The notes beneath the pieces were generated by a model. It was not told the origin of the DNA and did no database searches. It saw only the letters and a list, made by a program, of their open reading frames with translations. Shown piece after piece: positions 48,136 through 58,868 of a stretch of 64,000 nt of DNA; within the stretch, counting starts at the first letter, position 1, and every line of letters begins with the position of its first letter. Origin of the DNA: Rebecca billardiae RCC1528 (lineage: Eukaryota > Protista > Haptophyta). Made by a program: the position numbers and the translations under genes. The DNA lies in the NCBI GenBank assembly GCA_965240325.2, contig OZ251232.1, positions 2,232,001 through 2,296,000 on the forward strand, read 5' to 3'.

Positions 48136-51117
48136 TCAGCGCGCGCCGGCCGCGCGCGGCTCGTCGTCAACGCGCTCGGCGCCGCCGAGAAGTGCTGCCT
48201 CCTTGTCGTCGCGCGCCGGGCGCAGCCCGCCCGCCTCCACCTCGGCGGCGGCCTCAACGGGCGAGCCTCGCAGCCGGGAGATGTTCGCGACGGCGGCGAG
48301 CAGCACCGCCACCGCCGTCCCTACCAGCACCATGCGCACGCCGCTGTACAGCGCGGCGCGCTCGCGCTCGCGCTCGGCGGCGAGCGCGGCGCTCGCCCGG
48401 TGGGGACTAGGCACGCCCGCGTCGCCGTCCAGGTCGGTGAGGTCGTCGGCGAGGGCATCGTCGATCGCGCCCTGCGGGCCGGGCGCGCCGTCCGCCTCGT
48501 CCGCGCCCTCATCCTCGTCCGCGCCGAGCGCGCCCTCCGCGCCAGTGTCAAGCCCAATACCGCTGGCAGGCGGCGACACTGAGCCGACGATCGGCGACAC
48601 GTCCGTCCAGCCGTCCTCCGCCTCGGCGGCGGCGTCGGCGGCGGCGTCGGCGTCGGCGTCGGCGGCGGCGTCCAGCTCCTCGTCGTCTGCGCCCGCGGCG
48701 GCGTCTTCGCCCGGCTCGTCCTCGCCGCCGCCGCCGCCGTCCGCGCCGCCGCCGCCGCCGCCGTCCACAAAGATGATCCGCTGTTGCGGCGAGAAGAGGA
48801 GAGCGGGCGAGAGCTCGGCGGCCAGCTCGGCGGCCGCCGCGGCGCTCGGCTGCTCGGGCGGCAGCGGCACCGGCGGCTCCTTGGGCGGCCCTGCGCCCTG
48901 CTTGGCGGCCTTCTTGTCGTAGACCCACGGCAAAGAATTAATCTCGAAAAGAATTGCGCCGAGGGTCCAGCCCGCCTTCAGCTGCTTCCCCTGCCGCGTG
49001 CGGATGATGTCCGTCGCCAGCAGCTCGCGGTCCATGTCGACGCCGAACCCGTGGTTCAGCATGGAGACGGCGAGCGCGGCCTTGAAGCACACCTCGCGCG
49101 TGAGCTGCGTCTCCCACTGCTCCTCTGCGTGCTGGAAAGCTTCTTCATAGGCTCTTCTCTCGTCGGGGTCCATGGCTGCGATGCTTGTGTTAGTCTCGCA
49201 CTTGACGCCCGGCGGCCGCTTCGCCCCGCCGGCGGCGGCGCTGTCGTCGTCCTCGGCCGCGTCGTCGTCGTCCGCGTTGGCGTCCAGCTTACCCACGTCG
49301 TCAAAGTCCTCCGCCGCGCTCTGGTTGGTGTGGTTGTGCGGAGCTCGCCAGAACGGGAGGCCGGTCTTGTCGGCGGAGTCTCGTGCCGCGCCGTGCGCCA
49401 CCGCGTCAGCGTACCCTAGCTCGCAGAACGCCCCCGCCGCCGCGCTCAGGTTGAAGAGGTTCGTCCTCTTCGGCACGCCCAGCCGGCGGAACGTGTCCAC
49501 CAGCGAGGAGCCGAGCAGACGAAACTCGCCAAAGTTCTCCTCGGGGTAAGGCAGGAGTGGCAGGTAGACGTCAGTAAACGCGCACTGGCCGTGGTGCGCC
49601 CTGTGCCGGTTAGGGTTAGGGTTAGGGTTAGGGTGCGTCGCGCGGCGCGGCGTGCGCGCGGCGGGCGAGGGGACGGCGCGCGCCGGCCGCGCGACGGGTG
49701 TGGGCGGGGCGGCGCGCGGCGCACGCCGCGCCGCGCGCGCCACGCGCCGCGCGCACCAGTCACACCACTCGTTGAAGCGGCGGTGCGTGGGGCCTTCCAT
49801 GTAGCCCCGCGGGTCGGAGATATTGCCCTGGAGGCCTATTGTCGACTTGCGCGCGGTCAGCTGCGCCAGGCACGCCTGGAAGCGCGAGGTGCCGTTGGTC
49901 GGCGGCGCGGGCACGATCGTCGCCGGCACGAGCGGGCCGAACTTGCCCGGAGGGATCACGCCGGACTCGCCCGTCACCGACTCGGTCGCGGGCGCGCCGG
50001 GCGCGCCGAGCGGAAGGCACGCATCTCGTACGACGCACGGCGCGCCCCCGCGCGCCGCCGCGTCGAAGCAGCCCTGGTGCGCCGCGAGCTCGTTCCACAT
50101 CCGCTGCTGCACGCTGTACGCGCCGTAGTGCAGGAACGAGCGCGCGTACACATTCCAGTGCTTCAGCCCGCCCACCTGCACCTTGAATAAATTCTCGATA
50201 AAATCGTGGCCGGGATTAATAAAGGCGATTTGGGTGGAGGCGCCGCCCATCTCGATCGTGCCCACCGCGCGCGTCGGCCGCGCCGTGCCCGCGCCCGTGC
50301 CGTCCTCGAGCAGGTGCCCTGCACGGCGCACGCGCGACGGCGCACGCGCACGCGCACGCGGCCGCGCCGATCGACGCCATTAATAAATAGATCATACGAC
50401 ACAACGGTTGGCGCGCGCGCGCTGTCTGCGAGCGCGCGCGGCGCGCCGGGGCGCGCGGCACCGCGGCGGCGGCGCGCGCGCGCGCGCACCGAGCGCGAAG
50501 TTGATCCCGGCCCACGCGTACGCCGCCTCCTCCTCGCCGGAGATCACGCGCGCCGCGTCGGCCTCGACAAAGTAGAACGGGTTCTGGTCCGAGCGGAGTA
50601 GGTCACGCATCGCGTCGACGATCGCGCGGCGCGGCGTGTGCGCGAGCGAGCGCATGCCCGCCATCGCCTTGACCCAGATCGGGTATCGGTGCCAGTGCGG
50701 CTCGTAGTGCCGCAGCAGCGACTTGGCGTGCTCGAGCAGCGGCAGCAGCGTCGCGGCCGCCTTCTGCGGGTCGTCAGGATAGGACGAGAGACCCGGCTTG
50801 CGGCGCTTGGTCCAGAGCTCCGAGGTGAGCGGGTGCGAGATGGGCGGCGGGAGGGTGGAGAAGACGCGCGGCTGCCACTCGTACACGTGCAGCCGCGAGC
50901 CCGTCGAGCCCGCGTCGATCAGCAGCCCAAAGTCGACGAGGTGGAGCGCCTTGGGCGGAATCACGTGGCTCGCGTTGGCCGCGTACGCGTCCACGCCCTG
51001 CGCGGGCTGCAGCCCGGGCGCGGGCGGCTTGTCCTTGTGCTTCTTGTGGTGGTGCTGGCCCGCCGACGCCGCCGCGAGCGCGCACGCCAGCAGCAGCGCC
51101 ACGGCCGGCGACCACAT
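48136..51117 (-). CDS. GDA1/CD39-family apyrase (NTPDase) with signal peptide and C-terminal TM
   Basis: ACR1 IDAGSTGSRLHVY, ACR2 AMAGMR, ACR3 ISGEEEAAYAWAGINF, ACR4 EMGGASTQI, ACR5 WTLG. Introns 50489-50319 and 49756-49601. Confidence 0.92.
49608..49634 (+). repeat. Interstitial (TTAGGG)4 at the 3' end of an apyrase intron
   Basis: The sense strand reads (CCCTAA)4-CCGGCACAG followed by the exon. Confidence 0.95.
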
Positions 51118-51660
51118 CCTCGGGCTGACCGTCGCACGCCGGCTTGCCCCCCGACGGCGAGCCTGCCCAGCAACGCTGCTCACCGAAGGAATTCGAGCCC
51201 TGGACGCTCTTGAATCCGGCCTCGACTTTGTAGTCCGGTTGTGCCAACCGCCACACGGGACTACACTTGCGCCTGCGACCACGATGACGATGGCGCCCGC
51301 CCGCCCGACGCCCGGCGTCGGGAAGTGAAAGGTCAATGCTACATCACCGCCAGCCAATATTCATCACGAGGCACGGGCTGCATGCTGCCGGGTGCTGCCG
51401 TGCAGCTCGCGGGGCCCCGGCGCTGGCCCGGCGCCCGCCCGCGCCGGCAGGCCGCCGGCGCGGCGCCCCACCGTCCCGCTCGACATGACGGCGCCGGCCG
51501 CGCGGCGACACCGCGCCTGCGCCCGAAGGCGTAGTGAGTATACAGGCAGCGCCAACGCATGGCGTGGGGCTTCCAGACCGCCGGCCGACGAGCACGGCCG
51601 CCAGCGACGCAGGCACGCGCCCGTCCGTGTCGTCGCCTCCCGCGCCGCCTCCGCCGCGCC

Positions 51661-54600
51661 TCACTTGTACGGCTGGATGATGACAAAGAGAACGTGCTGG
51701 TACGCCGTCGCGATGGAGATCGAGACGAGTAGCAGCGGGAAGCCGTACTGCAAGAAGTAGATACCCTTGATCGGGTTGGCGGGCGCGTACCGCTCGGAGA
51801 CCGCCATCGAGACGAGGTTCGCCGACGAGCCCATAATGGAGCCGATCCCGCCGACACACGCGCCGACCGACAAGGCCCAGGCGAGCGGCTCGATCGGGAT
51901 CTCCAGGTCGTCCGCGTTCATCAGCGAGATGATGATGAAGGTGATCGTCGTCGTGTACGGCAGCGACTCGAGGAACGCCGAGCCGATCGCCGACACCCAC
52001 AGGAAGAGCACCATCGCGACGGCCTGGCGCGCGGCGCGCGGCGCGCGTCGCGCGGCGCGGGCGGTCAGGCGCCGGGCTGGCGCGAGCGCGGCGCCGCGGC
52101 CACGACGGCCGTGCGGCGGGCGAGGGGCGCGCGCGGGCGTGCGCGCACCAGTCGGCTCTCGATCGGCACGGTGCGGATGATGTCGGACATGTGCCCGCCG
52201 ATGAAGCGGATCAGGCCTGCGCGCGCGCGCGCACGCACGCAACGGGTGGGGGCGTGAGAGGCGCGCGCCGCGCCGTGCGCCGTCCAAGCGACAGACATGA
52301 ACGCGGCGGCGGACGCGCGCGCGCCGCTGGCCCGCGGGCGGTGGCGCGGTCGCGCACCGATCTCCGCGAGCGACTCGACGAAGACGAAGAGCCCGGCGAA
52401 GAAGAGCAGCGTGTCCCACTCCACCGCCGCGATCGCGTGCCGGATGTCGTGCCGAGAAGTCGCGATGCTCGCGCCCAGCATCCCGAGGAGACAGAACCAC
52501 GACGGCTCGTGGCCGTGAAGCTCAAAGAGGAAAAGTCCGAGAAAGATCCCGCCGAAGATGAAGGCGAGGTAGAAGAGGGAGCGCTCGTCGTGGATCTTGT
52601 TCTCCGCGCGCATCATCTCCATGTCCAGCACCACGCGCTCCTTCGGGAACGTGTGCCGGAAGCGCAGGTACTGGATGAAGACAGCCAGGGGCATGATCAC
52701 TACTACCAGCGGGCCGTTAAATATGATAAAGTCGTTGAAGCGCAGTGAGAGCTTGTTGCCGATCACGACGTTGGGCGGGTCGCCGATGAGCGTGGCGGTG
52801 CCGCCGATCGTCGCCGCGATCGTCTCGGTCAGGTAGAACGGCATCGGGTTCATCCCCATCTGCTCGCACAGCTTGATCGTCACGGGCCCGATCAGCAGCA
52901 CGCACGTGACGTTGTCGAGGAACGCCGAGAGGAAGCCGGTCAGGTTGGCTAGCAGGAAGAACAACACGACGGTGTTGCCCTTGGCGAAGTCGACGACGCG
53001 GACGGAGATCCACTGGAAGAAGCCGGTGAGCGAGAGCAGGTGCACGTTCACCATCATCGCGAACAGCAGCATCAGCGTGCCCGCGTCGATCATCGCCACG
53101 ACCGTGTGCACGGACGGCACCTCGTGCACGAGTGAGAGCAGGCCGAGCGCGAGGAAGCTTCCGACAAACGTCGTGTAGCAGCGGTGGATGACCTCGGAGA
53201 TGATGCCGGCGAAGACGACGACGAAGAGCGTGCCGGCGAGGATGATGCGGTGCCGCCCGATCGGCCCGAGCTGGATCGCCTGCGCGAGCACCGACAGCGG
53301 GTCGACCGAGTCGGTCGAGAAGACGACGCGAAAGTGCTCGCCGTGCGCAAAGCTGTCGGCGCACGGTGTCTCGAGCACGTCGACGCTCTCGAGGACCTCG
53401 ACCTGCTGGGTCTCGCGCAGGCCGTACTTCTGCGACATGCACAGCGTCTCGCGCCCCGCGCGCGACGCGTACAGCGACCAGCGCACCCACGTCGCGCCGC
53501 TCAGCGTCGTCTCCGACTCGACGTCCCCGAGCCCGCGCTTCACCAGCAGCCGCCTCCGGTGCTCGGCCGCGCCGCCGCAGTCCTGCACCGTGCACGCGGC
53601 GACGAGCTTGATGTCGATCACGTCCATCGGCTGGTGCGGGTCGAGCGGCAGCACGAGCGGGTGCCCGCGCTCCGTCGCGAGCAGCGGCGACGTGATGTAC
53701 GTGTTGAACTTGGTCAGCTTGGACGTGAGCACGTCGCGCCTCTGCTCGTGGGGATGCCAGAAGACCATCACCAGAACGGCGAACAGCGCGCACGCGCACA
53801 GGAGGACGCCTGGCGCGACGTCCTTGCGGGAGAGCTTGATCACCTGCTCGGGCTTCTCGATGGTCTTCACCTCGACCGTGTGCCCCTCCGGCGGCGCCGC
53901 CGAGATCGGCACCTCGACGATCTGCACCATCGAGCCGCGCTTCTGCCGCAGCCAGCCCGGCTGCTGCGGCATCCCTACCTCGACATCAATCTGAAGGTCG
54001 ACGCCGTCGTCCGCGGGGAAGAGGCCGCAGCACAGGCCCGAGGCGGTGGTGGTCGCCTTGCGCTCGCGCACCATCTCGATGTTCTGCGCGAACGTCAGGT
54101 TCGTCTTGTCGATCGAGCCGTCGATCGTCTGCGCGGCGGCGGCGCGCGCGGCGGGCGCGGCGCGCGCGCGGCGGCGGCGGCGCCGGGCGGCGCGCGCGAG
54201 GGCGGCGGTGAGTTGAGGCCGAGAGAGGGCCGGGCGCAAGGGCGGCCGCGCCGCGCGAGCGCGCGGCGGCGGGCGGCGCCGCGCGCACCTCGAGCAAGTC
54301 GTCCTTCGAGCGCAGCACCTGCGCCTTGTTCGCAAAGTCGCGGTTGGACATCATGCATGCGATCGCGTGCGCGACTGAGTTGGTCTCACGCTCCGCGTCG
54401 GGCGGGCCGAGCACGACGAAGATGAAGCGGACCGGCGGCGGGCGCACGTTCTCGGCGTGCTCGGTGAAGTCGTCGCCCAGGTCCGCCGCCTCCTTCAGCC
54501 GGACGAACGCCGCCACCTGGTGCTCGACGATGCCCAGCGTGCCCGCGAGCACGTCGCACGCCTCGTCGTCGTTTGCCGGCGGCGCGGGCGGCGGCGGGTT

Positions 54601-55902
54601 GTCCGCCTTCGACTGCGAGCGCATGATGCCGAGCATGCCCGAGCGCTGCTTGCCCACGTCGGGCGGCGCGAGGCCGGAGCGCTGCTTGCCCACGTCCGGC
54701 GGCCCCTCCTTCCCGTTCCCGTGGCTCGAGCCCTCGCCGTGGCCGCCGCCGCCGTCGTGCTCCGACGCCGGCGGCGTGATCGCCGACGTGACTGACGTCT
54801 CGGTCGGGTGGCGCGAGCGGCCCGCGTTGAGCGCGTCCTCGAGCAGGCCCTTCTTGCGCCGCTCGACGGCGTGCACGTGCTGCGCCTGGATCACCTGCAT
54901 CACCTGGTCGTGCTGCTCCTCGCTCAGCCCGCCGCCGGCGATCAGGTCCGCCACGATCGCGCTCGCGATGAAGTGGAGCGCCTGCGAGCTCTTGTCGGCG
55001 ATCGTGTCGGGCAACTCGAGGTCGAGCAGCACCGTGCCGCGCATCAGCAGCTTGCGCAGCACGATGAAGTCGTGGAACTTGACGGTGGAGAGGTGGGCCT
55101 TGCCCACCGCCATCTCGCCGTCCTTCTTCTCCTGCACCGTGTGCTCCAGCCCGTCCTTCCAGTGCGCCACCTCGCGCCACTCGACCTTGTCGTCGGCCGT
55201 GATCTTACGCAGCGCGTCCATCTCGACAAAGATCGGCTTGCAGCTCGCGCCGGCCTCGGAGGTGCCGCCGATGTCGTTGATCGAGGGCTTGGGCGCGCTG
55301 ACGGCCGCGCGGTACGACTTGGACGTCTGCCAGTCGAGGAAGTCCGCCTGGAACGCGTGCCCCGGGAAGAGCGTCGCCGAGCCGTACGTTTTGGCCGGGT
55401 TGGCGCGCATCACGAGCACGGCGGGCAGCGGGTTGCCCGCGGCGGACTTGAGCTCGAGCGTCGACTTCTTCGCCTCGGTGCGCATGCCCACGCCAAACAG
55501 CTGCCGGCAGTGCACGTCGTCGCGCTCGCCCTTGAACTTGGGGTCGAGCAGGTCGACGACCTTGTTGCCGATCGACGCGTCAGGCCCGAGCGTGCGGTAC
55601 ACCTCCTTGTTGATGTACACGATCTTGCCGTCCTCGAGTGAGTAGCAGATGATCATCATCGGCGCCTCGTCGGCGGCCATCTGCATGTCCACGGGCGTGG
55701 TCGCGCCCTCGCCGCCCCCCTGGCTCGTGCGCGAGAACGGCGCGAGGCTGCGCGCGAGCTCGTCGCCCTTGTCGCTGCCGATCGTGCCGCGGAAGGCGAT
55801 GCCGAGGTCGCGCACCGAGAAGGTGCGCGGGCGGGCGATCCCGCCGGGCCCGTTCCCACCGATCATCCCATCCGAGCGCCGCCGCCCGGTGCGCATGGAC
55901 AT
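51661..55902 (-). CDS. Chimeric transporter: PAS-like domain, SLC4/Band-3 cytoplasmic domain and OCA2/P-protein (CitMHS/ArsB) membrane domain
   Basis: Exons 55902-54289, 54128-52358, 52216-52149 and 52023-51661 (GT-AG, in frame). Band3-cyto motifs: IFVEMD, EWREVAHW, GTVLLDL, AFVRL, PVRFIFVVLGP. P-protein motifs: SAFLDNVT, ATLIGDPPN, VEWDTLLFFAGLF, ALSVGACVGG. Confidence 0.88.
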
Positions 55903-56152
55903 GGTGGCCCCGCGAACGGCGCGAGCGTGCCGGCTGGGGCTCGCGAGCTTGCCGCCACCGGGTGACGATCGGTATGTGGCTCGGAGAGCGGGGGGGGGCC
56001 GCGCGGCGGTTCATAACCACCGCAGTGGCATGGCGGGCGCTGCTGATTGGCGGAGCTCACCGCATATTCATAGGACCCGACTGATACTGCGTTGGCGGTA
56101 AGGCGCCGCGTTCCTATACGACAAGCAAATGTGAGCTCTGAGAAGGGTAAAC

Positions 56153-57283
56153 CAAGGGCGGTACAGTAAGGGCTGTCAACTCCCAGTGGCGGCAGCGCCA
56201 GAGGTTGGTTCCCGCTTCGCTGCTGCGCGGCCTCGCTCCAGCGACTAACTCTCGTGGGCGCCCGCCCCGGGGGGCGAGTGGGGCGCGCACGGCGCGAGCT
56301 CCTGCGGCCGTGTACGCGCGCGCGGAGGCGGCGCGCGCGGCTGGGCAGGTGCTAGGGAGCGCATGTCGCCCTCCCACGCCGCGCGCCTTGCTCGCCGCCG
56401 CTTTCGCCGCGCCTCAGGCCAGCGCGCACGCGTGCGCCGCCTCCAGAGCCAGCCTCGGGCCGCGGCAGCCGGCCGCGCGCGTGTGGTGCGCGGTCTGGTC
56501 GGCGCGAGTCGGTCGGGGCCATCGGGCGAGGTTCGCATACTATAGACGCGCGCTCTGCCGCCGCGCGCCGCCGCGCACGGTTGTCATGGGTCGACACGCA
56601 AGCATCTTAGGTCTGACACGAACTGCAGCACGAATGCGAAAATGCTCATGTTTGGACGCTCATGGAGACGCTGAAGAGCACAACAGACGAGCGCAGGCGA
56701 TGGAGAGCGGGGCAATGCACTCATTGGACGCCGTACACGCACCCAATGCGGCCGCCTATCACGCGCATGGGCGCTCACTGTCGCGTGTTCGAGCTCATTT
56801 CTGCTTGTCGTGCATTCATCGATCAGCTTCCTTCAACAGCTTCACGGGATAGTACCGGGCCCATGCGCGGCGGCGCGCGGCGGCAGAGCGCGCGTCTATA
56901 GTATGCGAACCTCGCCCGATGGCCCCGACCGACTCGCGCCGACCAGACCGCGCACCACACGCGCGCGGCCGGCTGCCGCGGCCCGAGGCTGGCTCTGGAG
57001 GCGGCGCACGCGTGCGCGCTGGCCTGAGGCGCGGCGAAAGCGGCGGCGAGCAAGGCGCGCGGCGTGGGAGGGCGACATGCACTCCCTAGCACCTGCCCAG
57101 CCGCGCGCGCCGCCTCCGCGCGCGCGTACACGGCCACAGGAGCTCGCGCCGTGCGCGCCCCACTCGCCCCCCGGGGCGGGCGCCCACGAGAGTTAGTCGC
57201 TGGAGCGAGGCCGCGCAGCAGCGAAGCGGGAACCAACCTCTGGCGCTGCCGCCACTGGGAGTTGACAGCCCTTACCGCCCTTG
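56153..57283. mobile_element. Foldback non-autonomous DNA transposon with about 425-bp TIRs and a 7-bp TSD (P/Galileo-like structure)
   Basis: 56153-56580 is inverted to 56861-57283. Ends are CAAGGG and CCCTTG. GGTAAAC is duplicated at 56146-56152 and 57284-57290. Confidence 0.92.
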
Positions 57284-57492
57284 GGTAAACTCTCCTACTT
57301 TTTGGAGGAACGTTCGGCTGGTTTCCTACCCCTCCTCTAGTGATCGCCGCAACGGCCCCGCGCTCGTAACTACCCGTAAATAAGCGGTCGTCGATTTTGT
57401 CCGCGCGGAAAAAACAGCAAACGCCAAGCCGGTCCCGAAAAAAAGCGACAGGCGTGACTACGTGATTTTGAAATTCGCACACGCTGGCAGCC

Positions 57493-58406
57493 ATGGCACC
57501 GCCCTGGTTCAAGCCGCCTGCCTCGCCGCCGACACGCACAGCGCTGGCGCGGCTCGCGCCGCTGGCGCCGCGCTTCGCGGAGGTCTGCGTCTATTACATG
57601 GCGTACAAACTCGTCGTGCGCATCCTCGTCGGCTGTCGCACGGATGAACGAGGCTGGGGCCGCCCAGAGACGTGCGCGCTCGGCGCGAGCGTCGCGGCCG
57701 CCGCCGCAACGCTCGGCGCGAGCGTCGCGGCCACCTGCGCGCGTGCGCGCGGGCGCACCGCGCGCCCACTCGCGCGCCTGCGTTCGCCACCCCTCGCCAC
57801 CCCGCGCGGCGCAGCTACATCTGCGCGTTCGTGCACCAGGTGACCGTGGTCGCCGCGAGCGCCGTGGCTGTGTGGCAAAACCGCGATGCGCTGGAGTCGT
57901 GGCTCACGGGCGGCTGGGGCGTGGGCGCGCACACGATCGAGCTCGCGCTGATGCTGGCGAACTGCGCCGAGATGCTCACCGACTGCGCCTTCTACGCCCG
58001 CTACCCCGGCTTCGGCCTCTCCTACTGGCTGCACCACTGCGCGACGTTTGGCGCTACCGCCGCGTTCCTCGCTCTCCCGACCGCGCCGATCGGGTACTGC
58101 ACGGCGTACGCGGGGCTGATGGAGCTGGGCGGCGCGGTGCTCAACTTTGCGAACATCGCGGAGCACCCGCTCGCGTTCACCCTCCGCGTCTTCGTCTACT
58201 CCGCCTCGCGCCTCGGCGCGGCGGCGCTGCTCGTCGCGTGCACGGCGGAGGCAGTGGGTGGCCACATCGGCGTGCCACTGGCTGCGCTCGCCCCGGTGTG
58301 GGTGCTCATGGCGCTCAACCTCGCGTGGGTGGCCGACATGGTGAAGCGGTTCGTCACGCGGCAGCCGGGCGATCCGTGGACCGTGCCCGCGGAGAAGCGC
58401 GCGTAG
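57493..58406 (+). CDS. TLC (TRAM/LAG1/CLN8)-domain-like membrane protein
   Basis: Intron 57672-57814 joins RPET to YICAFVHQ. YWLHH di-histidine, LMELG, and several TM helices. Confidence 0.65.
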
Positions 58407-58868
58407 GCGAGGCGGCGTGCTCGGCCGCGCGCAGCGACGCGCGGCAAGCGCTGCCGCCGCTGCGCCGCCGGGGCGGCCGGGCGCCAGGCCGCCAGACTGC
58501 GGCTACCGCGGCGCGGCGCTGGTCGCTGGCCTCCAGGGTGACGGTGGAGGGCAGGCTCAACGGAGGCGTAGCCCGCGCCGAGGGTGTGGACGCGGAGGTG
58601 GCGGCCGATCTGACAGGTGTCAGGCGTGGTCGCTGGTTGGTGTCAGACGTCGTCGGATCATCCGGGCGCCGCCGTCGTGTGCGCCCGTGACCAACACAAG
58701 CCGCTGAAATGAGAAATCGAATAAACAATCATCGCGTTGTCAAAATCGCATCCACATTCACGGCTCGAGATTTTCTTTTGGCGCTTTTTCAGAGATGCGC
58801 AATGATGAAGTCGTCGCGAAGGCGCGATCGGCAGCACTGCAGAACCACCGCCGTCCCGTCGGGTCGTG

